In this document: positions 1-9,442 of the stretch, piece after piece
Position numbering within the stretch: the first letter of the stretch is position 1
How the letters are laid out: every line of letters begins with the position of its first letter
Origin: a virus
Taxonomy: Duplodnaviria; Caudoviricetes
Strand: one strand, 5' to 3'
DNA length: 39,819 nt
Virus record (IMG/VR): IMGVR_UViG_3300017784_000974
Coordinates: 1-39,819 of that record
Notes under the pieces: model-generated
The model's input: only the letters and a program-made list of their open reading frames with translations
Told to the model about the DNA's origin: nothing
Database searches by the model: none
Made by a program: the position numbers and the translations under genes

Positions 1-2
1 AT

Positions 3-362
3 GAGGAACAGGAAGTCGAAATCACTTGCCCCGTGGCAACCCAAGACCAGATTTTAAACGAATCAAATAAAGAAGTTGCTATTCAAGATCATTCCTACGG
101 ACCCACAGGCAGCTCTTCCAAACAGTGTGGGAACTGTGGCTACTTTAATATGACCGCTTCGATGCTTGACTGTATCCACAAAGAAGAAGAAGAAGAAAAA
201 GAAGAGGAGGAGGAAGAGGAGGGCGTTGGCTACTGTCAACAGTTTCATTTTATTTGTTCGGCAAAGAACGTGTGCGAATCTTGGATGAAGGGTGGTCCAA
301 TCACTGATCACATTGAGGAACCACGGGATGACGAAACAATGCTAGGTAAAAGGTTTATCTAA
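3..362 (+). CDS. Cys-rich small phage protein (HiPIP-like CxxC...C...CxxW pattern) with poly-Glu insert; 5' end probably outside the window
   Basis: Frame is open from base 3 (EEQEVEITCPVATQD), so the GTG start at 33 is doubtful; motifs CGNCGYF, GYCQQFHFIC, CESW. Confidence 0.6.
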   Translation, partial: EEQEVEITCPVATQDQILNESNKEVAIQDHSYGPTGSSSKQCGNCGYFNMTASMLDCIHKEEEEEKEEEEEEEGVGYCQQFHFICSAKNVCESWMKGGPITDHIEEPRDDETMLGKRFI

Positions 363-369
363 CACCACC

Positions 370-621
370 ATGTCAGTAATTTCCAGATCCGATGTATCAA
401 AGCAGCTAGTCTCTGGTAAGAGGAAGAAGCCTTCTTATAAAAAAGGTGGCTCTGTCTCTCGAGTGAACGAGGCAGGCAACTATACAAAACCGGGAATGCG
501 TAAGAAAATTTTTGAAAGAATAAAAGCCGGTAACAAGGGCGGAAGTTCGGGACAGTGGTCTGCAAGAAAAGCTCAGATGCTGGCCCGACAATATAAAAAG
601 GAAGGCGGGGGCTACAAGTAA
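370..621 (+). CDS. Basic small protein, N-terminal half of a DUF5872-like family
   Basis: YTKPGMRKKI..GGSSGQWSARKAQMLARQYKKEGGGYK; TAATG overlap with next gene. Confidence 0.65.
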   Translation: MSVISRSDVSKQLVSGKRKKPSYKKGGSVSRVNEAGNYTKPGMRKKIFERIKAGNKGGSSGQWSARKAQMLARQYKKEGGGYK

Positions 622-878
622 TGCCTCTTAAAAAATCTCAAAAAAGTTTAAAGAACTGGACGAATCAGAACTGGCGCACAAAATCTGGTAAGCCTTCGAC
701 ACAAGGTGCAAACGCAACCGGGGAAAGATACCTCCCCGAGAAAGCTATTAAGTCTCTTAGTTCCTCTGAGTATGCTGCAACCACTCGGGCAAAGCGAAAG
801 GGAACAAAAGCAGGAAAACAAGTGGTCAGACAACCAAGACGTATAGCAGCAAAAACAGCTAGATTTAGAAAGGCATAA
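621..878 (+). CDS. Basic small protein, C-terminal half of a DUF5872-like family
   Basis: QKSLKNWTNQNWRTKSG..ERYLPEKAIKSL..KRKG..GKQ; coupled to previous ORF. Confidence 0.65.
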   Translation: MPLKKSQKSLKNWTNQNWRTKSGKPSTQGANATGERYLPEKAIKSLSSSEYAATTRAKRKGTKAGKQVVRQPRRIAAKTARFRKA

Positions 879-885
879 TCCTATC

Positions 886-1557
886 ATGACAACATCAGGC
901 ACTACCACATTCAACATGGACATCGATGAGATTATCGATGAGGCCCTAGATATGATTGGTGGCGAGGCCGACCTTGGCAAGGAGCCTAAATCAGCCCGGC
1001 GTAGTCTCAATCTTATTCTCACAGACTGGCAGAACCGTGGCATCCTCCTATGGAAGACCGGGCTCGGAACCACGACCACCATCGAGGACCAGACCAGCTA
1101 CGATCTTGATCAGGACATCATCGACATCACCGAAGCCTCAATCAGACGCTCCGGCACGGACATCGAACTAACCAGAATTTCCATGGACAACTACCAAGAG
1201 CTACCAAACAAGAGCACCACGGGTCGCCCAACCCAGTACGCTGTCCACAGGAAGCGTGACAACATCGAGGTCTATCTCTGGCCTGTCCCTGAAAATTCCA
1301 CAGACATTTTCAGATACTGGAACGTCAGCAGATACCAAGACTTCACCAAGTCCGTAGACACTGCTGATGTACCTTTCCGTTTTCTCCCGTGTCTTATCTA
1401 CGCCTTGGCATACTACATGGCAATCAAGCGCCCCGGTGTACCCGGGGACAGGATTGGTTTCCTAAAAGAGGTCTATGAAGAAGCCCTCGGAAATGCCATG
1501 CAAGAAGACAGACAACGTGCCCCCTTCCGGGCCATCCCCCGTCTCAGGGTCGTCTAA
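886..1557 (+). CDS. Head-tail adaptor / connector-like virion protein
   Basis: 223 aa; IIDEAL..ARRSLNLIL..W.NRG, GRPTQY, LWPVP, DVPFRFLPCL..LAYY pattern typical of podovirus adaptors; structural context. Confidence 0.7.
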   Translation: MTTSGTTTFNMDIDEIIDEALDMIGGEADLGKEPKSARRSLNLILTDWQNRGILLWKTGLGTTTTIEDQTSYDLDQDIIDITEASIRRSGTDIELTRISMDNYQELPNKSTTGRPTQYAVHRKRDNIEVYLWPVPENSTDIFRYWNVSRYQDFTKSVDTADVPFRFLPCLIYALAYYMAIKRPGVPGDRIGFLKEVYEEALGNAMQEDRQRAPFRAIPRLRVV

Positions 1558-1563
1558 ACCACC

Positions 1564-1821
1564 ATGGCAGTCAGAAAATCCCCATGGTTCATCAGTGACA
1601 GATCTGGTTTCAGATTCCCCTATGATCAACGAGTCAAGGAACAGGGCACAGGTATGGTTGTCCATTTCTCGGAAAGCGATGGTGCCTTTGATCTCAAGAA
1701 CCATCCCCAGAACCAAGCACCCCGTATCGGCCCTACCCGTATTCTTAGGGATGCTCGAACAGAGGCCCCTGTTTCTGTCAACCCCCTTGTATGGGATCCT
1801 TCAATGACTACGTTTGTATAG
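1564..1821 (+). CDS. Conserved small phage structural-region protein
   Basis: ISDRSGFRFPY...D.KNHPQ motif; tight spacing in operon. Confidence 0.65.
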   Translation: MAVRKSPWFISDRSGFRFPYDQRVKEQGTGMVVHFSESDGAFDLKNHPQNQAPRIGPTRILRDARTEAPVSVNPLVWDPSMTTFV

Positions 1822-1911
1822 AATATTAGGATGATGGTATTGTTAAACAACATCAACGGCACATTGTAGGGTGGCATTGTGTCCTTTTTAATCAGGAGTA
1901 AGGGTTAAACC

Positions 1912-2331
1912 ATGGCTATTTCACAGGGAATGAGCATCTCTTTTAAAAGACAAGTTTTACTAGGTGATCAAGATTTTGATCTTAATACTTTCAAGCTCGC
2001 TTTATACACAGACACTGCATCCCTAAGCTCCGGTACCTCAATCTACAGTACTTCGGCTGAGGTCAGCGGTGTTGGATACACAGCAGGCGGAAACATTCTG
2101 ACCATCGTCACAGTTGTAGTAGATGGATCTGTAGGTATTGTTGATGTAAGCAATACGGCATGGACCACTGCAACTTTCACTGCCAGAGGCGGTCTGATCT
2201 ATAACTCGTCTAATTCAAACTCAGCGGTTGCTGTCCTTGATTTCGGTGGTAACAAGTCTGTCGAAAATGGCACGTTTACAATCCAATTCCCAGCCCCAGC
2301 AGCCGCCACAGCTATTATACGTCTAGTGTAA
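1912..2331 (+). CDS. Virion structural protein (tail-associated, beta-rich)
   Basis: AGGAG upstream; SFK..LLG..DF..TFKLALYT, GYTAGG, TARGGLIYN, AVAVLDFGG..GTFTIQFP. Confidence 0.75.
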   Translation: MAISQGMSISFKRQVLLGDQDFDLNTFKLALYTDTASLSSGTSIYSTSAEVSGVGYTAGGNILTIVTVVVDGSVGIVDVSNTAWTTATFTARGGLIYNSSNSNSAVAVLDFGGNKSVENGTFTIQFPAPAAATAIIRLV

Positions 2332-2347
2332 AAAAGGAGTCGTAGGT

Positions 2348-4174
2348 ATGGCTCTCATTGTCAAAGACAGAGTACAGCAGGATACGACGACTACAGGAAC
2401 GGGCACCCTTACGCTCAGTGGTTCGTATACAGGCTTTGATACATTTTCGGAAATTGGTAACACTAATACCACATACTATGTAATCTCAGACCCGGGCTCT
2501 GGAGACTGGGAAGTAGGCCTCGGTACCTATACCGCATCAGGCACCTTGCTTTCACGAGACACGATCTTGGCATCGTCCAACAGTGGATCTGTGGTCACTC
2601 TTGCAGCCGGGACCAAGGTTGTCTTCTGCGGATACCCCGCCGGAAAATCTGTCTACCTAGATGCCTCGGGTAACCTCTTAGGTATTGCTGGAACTGTCTC
2701 AGCAACAAACTTCACAGGTGCCACGGTAACGGCCACCTCGAATATCCACACTCCGGCTTTAAGCGCAACAAATATCATTGCTGCTACCATAACGGCCACG
2801 TCAAACATCCACACCCCTGCACTATCGGCCACAAACATCACCGCTGCCACAGTAACGGTGACCACAAAGATTCATACCGCAGCATTGTCTGCAACAAACA
2901 TCACAACAGGCACAGTCACAGCCACGTCAATCCATACTCTGTCACTCTCCGTGACAAACTTGATTGCTGCCACGATCACAGCCACGTCAAATATTCACAC
3001 CCCCGCACTCTCTGCAACAGCCATCACAGCGGGAACTGTCTCAGCGACGGATATCCATGCAGCTACAAAGATCCATACACCCTCGATCTCAGCTACTAAT
3101 ATCTTAGCCACGACTGTCTCAGCTACGAATATCCATGCAGCTACGAAGATCTATACACCCTCGATCTCAGCCACGACTGTCTCAGCTACGAATATCCATG
3201 CAGCTACGAAGATCCATACACCCTCGATCTCAGTCACGACTGTCTCAGCTACGAATATCCATGCAGCTACGAAGATCTATACACCCTCGATCTCAGCTAC
3301 TAATATCTTAGCCACAACTGTCTCAGCTACGAATATCCATGCAGCTACACAGATCCATACACCCTCGATCTCAGCCACGAATATTAATGCGACTAGTATC
3401 TTAGCCACGACTGTCTCAGCTACGAATATCCATGCGGCTACGATGATCCATACACCCTCGATCTCAGCCACGAATATTAATGCGACTAGTATCATAGTCA
3501 CGACTGTCTCAGCTACGAATATCCATGCGGCTACGATGATCCATACACCCTCGATCTCAGCCACGACCGTCTCAGCAACCAGTGTATATTCGACTAATTT
3601 TTTCAAAAGTGGTGTAGCTCTGGCAGGACCGGGAAGAGTATTACTAGTCGATAACGATTGGTCTACCGGGACCCCCTCGACAGTCACGTTTGAAGACGCT
3701 GACGGCATGAACTGGAGCACCTACAGTTATTTCGACATTGAACTGTCAGGGTACCTCTCGGTCGCATGTCGGATCATATGTACGATGAGCCAAAGCGGCG
3801 TTTATGAAACCGGCGCAGTTGACTACCATTATGCCAACACGGCCCAAGGTTTTACCGCTTCCTTTTCTAACGGCACCACAGCTATTGATATCCCCAACGT
3901 CAGCAATCAAATCTACAAAGGCGCCGCTCAGTACAATGAGATGTTCCATCTAAAAGCTTGTCTGTATCATGGATTGTCAGACGGCACTAATATTGATGGC
4001 CCATTTATTCATTGGTCTTTTGCATCTAATGTTACTGGAACAGGAAACAGGGCACATGCAAATGGCACTGGAGCATTGCGAAACCTAGTTGCCACAGAAA
4101 TTGACGGCATCAAGTTCCAACTGAGCTCCGGCACCATGAACAATGGATCATTCCGAGTTTGGGGGATTGTCTAA
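2348..4174 (+). CDS. Tail fibre with long Thr/Ser-rich repetitive shaft and C-terminal putative receptor-binding domain
   Basis: AAGGAG RBS; N-terminal DRV..TTTTTGTG...WEVGLGTY..LSRDTILASSN anchor; repeats; C-terminal DGIKF..SSG.M..GSFRVWG. Confidence 0.8.
   Translation: MALIVKDRVQQDTTTTGTGTLTLSGSYTGFDTFSEIGNTNTTYYVISDPGSGDWEVGLGTYTASGTLLSRDTILASSNSGSVVTLAAGTKVVFCGYPAGKSVYLDASGNLLGIAGTVSATNFTGATVTATSNIHTPALSATNIIAATITATSNIHTPALSATNITAATVTVTTKIHTAALSATNITTGTVTATSIHTLSLSVTNLIAATITATSNIHTPALSATAITAGTVSATDIHAATKIHTPSISATNILATTVSATNIHAATKIYTPSISATTVSATNIHAATKIHTPSISVTTVSATNIHAATKIYTPSISATNILATTVSATNIHAATQIHTPSISATNINATSILATTVSATNIHAATMIHTPSISATNINATSIIVTTVSATNIHAATMIHTPSISATTVSATSVYSTNFFKSGVALAGPGRVLLVDNDWSTGTPSTVTFEDADGMNWSTYSYFDIELSGYLSVACRIICTMSQSGVYETGAVDYHYANTAQGFTASFSNGTTAIDIPNVSNQIYKGAAQYNEMFHLKACLYHGLSDGTNIDGPFIHWSFASNVTGTGNRAHANGTGALRNLVATEIDGIKFQLSSGTMNNGSFRVWGIV
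3035..3580 (+). repeat. Seven near-identical coding tandem units (ATNIHAATxIxTPSIS plus 5/10/15-aa linker); more degenerate units extend back to about 2695
   Basis: Core actgtctcagctacgaatatccatgcagctacga..atccatacaccctcgatctcag recurs seven times. Confidence 0.95.
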
Positions 4175-4479
4175 TGACTCGATATAGTATGACAGGACAA
4201 GGACAGATTGTTCCTTTCACGCCTGAAGAAGAAGCGGAGGCCGACGCTTTAGAAGCAAAGAATGCTGCAATTGAAGCTGCGGAAAAAGCAGCGGCCCCTA
4301 TGCGAGAGTGGGAGGAAGCCATGGTTGCAACTGATGCTCTTATGACTCGTGACGTGGAGGATCTGATTGACAACTTAATACTTACCGAAATCCTTACCGA
4401 AGAACAACTATCTACACGTCTAGCAGAATACCGTACTCTTAAGAAGAACGAACGTAATAAAAAACCAGTTGTACTGTAA
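4174..4479 (+). CDS. Putative tail fibre assembly/chaperone protein
   Basis: TAATG overlap with fibre stop favours start at 4174; VPFTPEEEAE motif, helical, directly behind fibre. Confidence 0.6.
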   Translation: MTRYSMTGQGQIVPFTPEEEAEADALEAKNAAIEAAEKAAAPMREWEEAMVATDALMTRDVEDLIDNLILTEILTEEQLSTRLAEYRTLKKNERNKKPVVL

Positions 4480-4508
4480 ATGGCTATAGACTCACGGGAT
4501 TTACATAG

Positions 4509-5003
4509 ATGACCTTTTCCACCGCAGCATTCTCCCAGATACCTTTCTCATCATCAATCAGAACGATTGATGTAGCGGTTCCGGTCACAGGTGTATCAGC
4601 AACCTTTCAACTAGGTTCTGTTGTTGCTGGCGCAGAAATAAAAATCGATGTATCAGGTGTCTCTGCCACATTTGAACTAGGCACCCTCAGTTTAGCCATT
4701 GACACAAATGTCTCTGTCACCGGGCTCACAGGAACATTCTCAGTTGGCACTGTCACACCTGCGATTAGCCGTGCGATAGATGTATCCGGGGTCACCGGCA
4801 CATTCGAACTAGGCACCCCTAGTTTAGCCATTGACACAGATGTCCCTGTCACCGGGGTCACAGGCACATTTGACGTTGGTAAGATCTTCTACTGGTTCCC
4901 TGTACCCGACATATCCACTAACTGGACCACGGTTCCCCAGATAACAACCACATGGACCCAGACTTCTGACGTATCGACGACATGGGAATCTATAGCTGCC
5001 TAG
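4509..5003 (+). CDS. Virion structural protein with VxVTGVxxTFxLG repeats
   Basis: FSTAAFSQIPFS N-terminus, five ~22-aa repeats, Trp-Thr-rich tail; DNA duplication at about 4667-4737 vs 4799-4869. Confidence 0.7.
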   Translation: MTFSTAAFSQIPFSSSIRTIDVAVPVTGVSATFQLGSVVAGAEIKIDVSGVSATFELGTLSLAIDTNVSVTGLTGTFSVGTVTPAISRAIDVSGVTGTFELGTPSLAIDTDVPVTGVTGTFDVGKIFYWFPVPDISTNWTTVPQITTTWTQTSDVSTTWESIAA

Positions 5004-5054
5004 TGCTGCAAGAGCTAATTGGCTCATATTAATAATATATGGTAGGATCATCGT

Positions 5055-5714
5055 ATGCCTGTAACAACTTATTCATCCCTTGCAACCCAGATTCAAGAAA
5101 CTGCTGAAAACACAGGTTCTGAGTTTGTTGATGCAATCCCTAATTTTATCTCACGCACAGAGAATAGACTGACACGTGATGTAGACTTACTAGGTTTGAC
5201 AAGTTTTGCCACAACAAACTTTGTCGTAGCAACTCCTATTTACCAGAAGCCACCGAATGCATTGGTTGTAAAAAACCTGACAATTACTAGCAGTGGCTCC
5301 CGGATTAATCTGGTCATGAAGACCAAGGAGTATCTGAATGATTACTGGCCAGACCGTACTTCGGTAGGAGAGCCCAGATACTATGCAAACTACGGAAACG
5401 AACTCCTTATCGCCCCGGCTCCTGCATCAGCATACCCCGTTGAAATTTCATATGTGGTTGAGCCCACTGCTTTAGCTTCGTCAACACAGGAAACAAACTA
5501 TTTCACACAGTACTGCTCAAACGCTTTATTTTACGGCTCCATGGTTGAGGCAACACTCTTCATGAAAAATCCAACTGCTGCTGGCATGTGGGAAAGTTTC
5601 TACGGCAGAGAACTTGAGGGTCTCAACAACGAGGCTCGTAGATCACGCAGAGACAGTATGGCCATGCCCGCAAGTCCAGCCGGTGGCCCGAACACTTTAA
5701 CAGGAAGTAACTAA
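5055..5714 (+). CDS. Adaptor / tail tubular protein A-like
   Basis: TYSSL..IQ, IPNFI..E.RL.R, GEPRYYA, IAPAP..AY.VEI.Y, ALFYGS.VEA..FMK. Confidence 0.7.
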   Translation: MPVTTYSSLATQIQETAENTGSEFVDAIPNFISRTENRLTRDVDLLGLTSFATTNFVVATPIYQKPPNALVVKNLTITSSGSRINLVMKTKEYLNDYWPDRTSVGEPRYYANYGNELLIAPAPASAYPVEISYVVEPTALASSTQETNYFTQYCSNALFYGSMVEATLFMKNPTAAGMWESFYGRELEGLNNEARRSRRDSMAMPASPAGGPNTLTGSN

Positions 5715-5719
5715 CCCCC

Positions 5720-6937
5720 ATGTCATCATACACCTCCAGAATCAGACTAGAAAAGCAGATCCCCGGTCAAAATGATAACACATGGGGTACTGTACTTAAC
5801 GGTAACGTCATTGATCTTGTCGATGATTCTATCGCAGCCTACACCACGATCACGGTCTCATCCGTTGACGTTACTCTGACTCAGGCAAACGGTGCTTCTG
5901 ATCAGGCCCGGAGTGCCTTCCTTGATATCTCAGGGGCTCTGACAGGGAACGTCAATGTCGTTATCCCCGCACTTTCCAAGGGCTACGGCATTCGTAATTC
6001 TACCTCTGGTTCTTTCACCGTTAACATGAAGACCCTCACGGGCTCCGGCAAGTTTATCCCCCAAGGTCAGACCATCAGTATTATATGTGATGGTGTGTCC
6101 GTACGTGACCTCGAAGTACCCGGTATCCGATCCACATCAAACGTAATTAATGTATCTGTGGGAACTTCCAAGATTGACATCAAAGTCCCCATGGCAGTCT
6201 CAGGAACTGTTTCTATCACAGGTGGCATTGTTGTATCTAGTTCATCCACTATGGTTGCGACCACGTTCTCTAGTAATATCAGTATGCTGGCCCAGTCTGA
6301 TGCACGTTTCTTCGATGCTGATAGTTCTAACTATATCGGACTACAGGCTCCGTCTTCTGTATCAGCTAGTATTGTATATAATCTACCAGCCACTGATGGA
6401 GCAACTGGGGATGTTCTCCAAACAGATGGGGCTGGATCCCTGAGTTTTACTGTTGCGATGCCTACAGGTGCTGTTATTCCTTTTGCGGGCACCACAACCC
6501 CTACAAGTTGGCTCTTCTGTTATGGTCAGGCGATTAATAGAACCTCATACTCTGTATTGTTTGCTGTTATCGGCACCACGTATGGTGTGGGTGACGGATC
6601 AACAACATTCAATATCCCAGACCTGAGGGGTCGTCTTGTCGCCGGTCAGGATGACATGGGGGGTACTTCTGCTAATCGTCTCACAGGCCTATCTGGTGGT
6701 GTTGATGGCGATGTCCTTGGTGCATCTGGTGGCGCTGAGACCCATACACTAACAGCCGGGGAATTACCAACAGCAGCCACCTACCAGAAAGAGAACAGTC
6801 ATGGAGGTCAGAGCGGAACATCAGGAAGTGGTCTTGCACAAAGTCCGATACAGGCTGCACTAACAGGGGCCAATAACGATCCGCACAACAACGTACAGCC
6901 AACATTTATCCTTAATTATATCATCCGAACAGTGTAA
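5720..6937 (+). CDS. Tail fibre/spike with phage tail-collar domain
   Basis: MPTGAVIPFAG..P.SWLFCYGQAINR..Y..LFAVIGTTYG.GDGSTTFNIPDLRGR; C-terminal HNNVQP..ILNYII. Confidence 0.85.
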   Translation: MSSYTSRIRLEKQIPGQNDNTWGTVLNGNVIDLVDDSIAAYTTITVSSVDVTLTQANGASDQARSAFLDISGALTGNVNVVIPALSKGYGIRNSTSGSFTVNMKTLTGSGKFIPQGQTISIICDGVSVRDLEVPGIRSTSNVINVSVGTSKIDIKVPMAVSGTVSITGGIVVSSSSTMVATTFSSNISMLAQSDARFFDADSSNYIGLQAPSSVSASIVYNLPATDGATGDVLQTDGAGSLSFTVAMPTGAVIPFAGTTTPTSWLFCYGQAINRTSYSVLFAVIGTTYGVGDGSTTFNIPDLRGRLVAGQDDMGGTSANRLTGLSGGVDGDVLGASGGAETHTLTAGELPTAATYQKENSHGGQSGTSGSGLAQSPIQAALTGANNDPHNNVQPTFILNYIIRTV

Positions 6938-7005
6938 GACAATGCCCGACATTATTTTAGTCGCTGGCCCATTCAGCATTATCATCAATAAAAGGGGAGT
7001 CTGTT

Positions 7006-7077
7006 ATGCACAGTGTAAATAAAATTACTTCTGGTACTCGCTACACCTTAGCAGCTTGGCTCACCCCTAATGGTTGA
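7006..7077 (+). pseudogene. C-terminal relic of a 2OG-Fe(II) oxygenase
   Basis: Translates MHSVNKITSGTRYTLAAWLTPNG*; in-frame stop at 6958 upstream. Confidence 0.5.
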
Positions 7078-7282
7078 TTTCACAGACAGGGAACTAGGTA
7101 ATATGGAGGCTCGTATTGTTCTACTTGAGAAGGAACTAGGGGCCGTCCGTAATGATACCCGTAAAATTCTTCTTACGCTTTCAGAAGCACAAGGTGGCTG
7201 GAAAACATTGATGATGCTCTCCGGATTCTCTGCTGCTCTTGGGGGTGTTATCTCCCAGCTTTTTCTTAATTTTCCAAGATAA
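7070..7282 (+). CDS. Small coiled-coil protein with C-terminal transmembrane helix
   Basis: Heptad N-terminus, hydrophobic GGWKTLMMLSGFSAALGGVISQLF. Confidence 0.65.
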   Translation: MVDFTDRELGNMEARIVLLEKELGAVRNDTRKILLTLSEAQGGWKTLMMLSGFSAALGGVISQLFLNFPR

Positions 7283-7297
7283 TCCACACACACACAC

Positions 7298-9136
7298 ATG
7301 TCAACAGATACAACCACAACAAAATTCAAATTTACCCCAACTCTGCTTCGTGATGATACACAGTACGAGGCCGAGGGCGGTTGGTATGACGGTAACCGTG
7401 TCAGATTTCGTAATAGCAATCCTGAAAACATCCGAGGATGGAACAAGAGAGTACTAGGACAGCTAACAGGAACTCCTCGTGACATTGAGATATGGTCAGG
7501 ACTAAATCAAACAAACTATATCGCATGGGGTACAAACAGTGCACTACAAATTTATGACGGTGGTGAGGTATCAGACATCACACCTATTACTTCGACTACA
7601 CCCTTATCAAACCAGATTACTACCTCCGTTGGTTCTTCAGCTATTCTTGTATCTCTGACAGGACACACCCGGGTAGCTGGGGATCGTGTTGTATTTGTCT
7701 CGATGGCTGCTACAGTCGGTGGTAATGTTTTCCTAAATTCCACGTTTACCATTACCACGGCAACCGACACTAACCATTTCTCTTTCACGTATACGACCGT
7801 GGCCGCCGCAACTTCTGCCGATGTAGGAACTGTGACACTACAGTACCTGTTAAAGTCAGGAGCCCAGGATAACAATCCCGGACTTGGCTGGGGCGCTGGC
7901 GGCTACGGCACAGGTACATACGGTACTCCTGCTTCTTCATCAAATATTATTTTTAAGATGCGTAACTGGAGTATGGACACATTCGGCGAGGACCTTCTGA
8001 CAAATCCCCGGGGTGGTTCGATATATCTCTGGGATGCAACATCTGGTACTGCTACCAGATCACAGCTTGTCTCATCTGCCCCTGTCTCTGTTAACAATGT
8101 GATTGTCTCAGAAAAATCAAGACACGTTATTGCCTTGGGCTGTAATGACATATCCGGTAATTTTGATCCATTGCTGATCCGCTGGTCTGATCAAGAGAAC
8201 TACAACGTATGGACACCGACAGTTACTAATGCTGCCGGTGAGGTCAGAATCCAGAGAGGAACACAGATCAATCAAGGTATCTATTCCAGAGGCGGTGTTC
8301 TTATTCTGACGGACTCTGCTTTGTATGGCATGGCTTATGTCGGACAGCCCTACATCTTTACCGTCGATATTCTTGGGGATAGTTGTGGTTCTATCTCACC
8401 CCATGCGGCACAAGACTTCAACGGAATTCTGTTCTGGATGGGTGAAAATAACTTCTTTACTTTCAATGGTCAGGTACAGGTTCTTCCATCATCTGCCAGA
8501 AAATATGTTTTCTCAGACTTTAACTTTGCCCAGAAAGAAAAGGTATTCTGCGGTATCAACTCAGAATTTTCTGAAATTACATGGCTCTATCCCTCTGCTG
8601 ACTCTGAGGAATGTGACAAATATATCTCATACAATCCGGTTGACAACTACTGGGTCTTTGGTGATTCTTACTGGACAACATGGGGTTATGGGGGCGGTAT
8701 TTTTGAAAGTATCATTACCACAGGTGTCTCGGCTGGCAATGCTTATCTATATAATAACGAGCCCGAGGACACATACAGCGGTGTCATCGGAGATAATCAG
8801 CTAATCGGTTACGAGTCCTTTATCCAGAGCGGTGACTTTGATCTAGGGGACGGTGACGAACTCTTGTTCGCAGATAAATTTATCCCGGACTTTGAACTCA
8901 CTGACCCCGGAGGAACTAATAACGATCCACAAATCAACATCCTGTTGGGCTCTAAACAATACCCCACGGCTACAACGGTAAGCAAAGGTCCCTTTATTGT
9001 CAGTGCATCGACCCGATTCCAGAACATCCGACTACGTGGCAGACAGGCAAATCTCAAGATATCCTCAAGTGCTATTGGTACCTCGTGGAGACTTGGGACA
9101 TTCAGGCTTGATCTGGTCCCAGATGGTAAACGCTGA
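7298..9136 (+). CDS. Tail tubular B / head-closure (packaged DNA stabilization)-like beta-propeller protein
   Basis: 612 aa; GGWYDGNRVRFR, WSMDTFGEDL, DPLLIRWSDQE..WTPT.TNAAG, EITWLYPS, FIPDF, WRLG.FR.D..PDGKR. Confidence 0.75.
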   Translation: MSTDTTTTKFKFTPTLLRDDTQYEAEGGWYDGNRVRFRNSNPENIRGWNKRVLGQLTGTPRDIEIWSGLNQTNYIAWGTNSALQIYDGGEVSDITPITSTTPLSNQITTSVGSSAILVSLTGHTRVAGDRVVFVSMAATVGGNVFLNSTFTITTATDTNHFSFTYTTVAAATSADVGTVTLQYLLKSGAQDNNPGLGWGAGGYGTGTYGTPASSSNIIFKMRNWSMDTFGEDLLTNPRGGSIYLWDATSGTATRSQLVSSAPVSVNNVIVSEKSRHVIALGCNDISGNFDPLLIRWSDQENYNVWTPTVTNAAGEVRIQRGTQINQGIYSRGGVLILTDSALYGMAYVGQPYIFTVDILGDSCGSISPHAAQDFNGILFWMGENNFFTFNGQVQVLPSSARKYVFSDFNFAQKEKVFCGINSEFSEITWLYPSADSEECDKYISYNPVDNYWVFGDSYWTTWGYGGGIFESIITTGVSAGNAYLYNNEPEDTYSGVIGDNQLIGYESFIQSGDFDLGDGDELLFADKFIPDFELTDPGGTNNDPQINILLGSKQYPTATTVSKGPFIVSASTRFQNIRLRGRQANLKISSSAIGTSWRLGTFRLDLVPDGKR

Positions 9137-9423
9137 TGGTTATCAATGTAGGTAATTCAGGAAAGTTCTTTATCCGATATCCGGGGGCACCTCGTACCGA
9201 AACCCCTGAGATGCAGATGGCGTGGTCCCAGCTTATCAGAAATCTGGAACTCCGTGACAATCAAAGTAATATCGATGCCGCTTCTCAGGAGCCTTATGTT
9301 ATTTCAAATGTATCCGTAAATAGAACATATGATGTCAGTGTTGGCCAAATATCGGTCTCTGCTGTAGCTAACGCACTGGGGACTTTATTGCAGGATCTTA
9401 AACTAAAAGGTATTATAGGATGA
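9136..9423 (+). CDS. Small virion-module protein
   Basis: TGATG overlap with previous gene; 95 aa. Confidence 0.65.
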   Translation: MVINVGNSGKFFIRYPGAPRTETPEMQMAWSQLIRNLELRDNQSNIDAASQEPYVISNVSVNRTYDVSVGQISVSAVANALGTLLQDLKLKGIIG

Positions 9424-9442
9424 TTAACAGGAGAATTTACTA

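Noticed and set aside
1858-1890. Intrinsic terminator before the 139-aa gene
   Set aside because: T-run present but the stem is imperfect; too weak to call
3035-3580. CRISPR-like repeat array
   Set aside because: Units are in-frame coding repeats with no unique spacers
2653-3720. Hydrophobic minus-strand ORFs (VAETVV repeats)
   Set aside because: Antisense shadows of the tail fibre repeats
2348-6937. Diversity-generating retroelement targeting tail fibres
   Set aside because: No reverse transcriptase and no adenine-specific template/variable repeat pair seen
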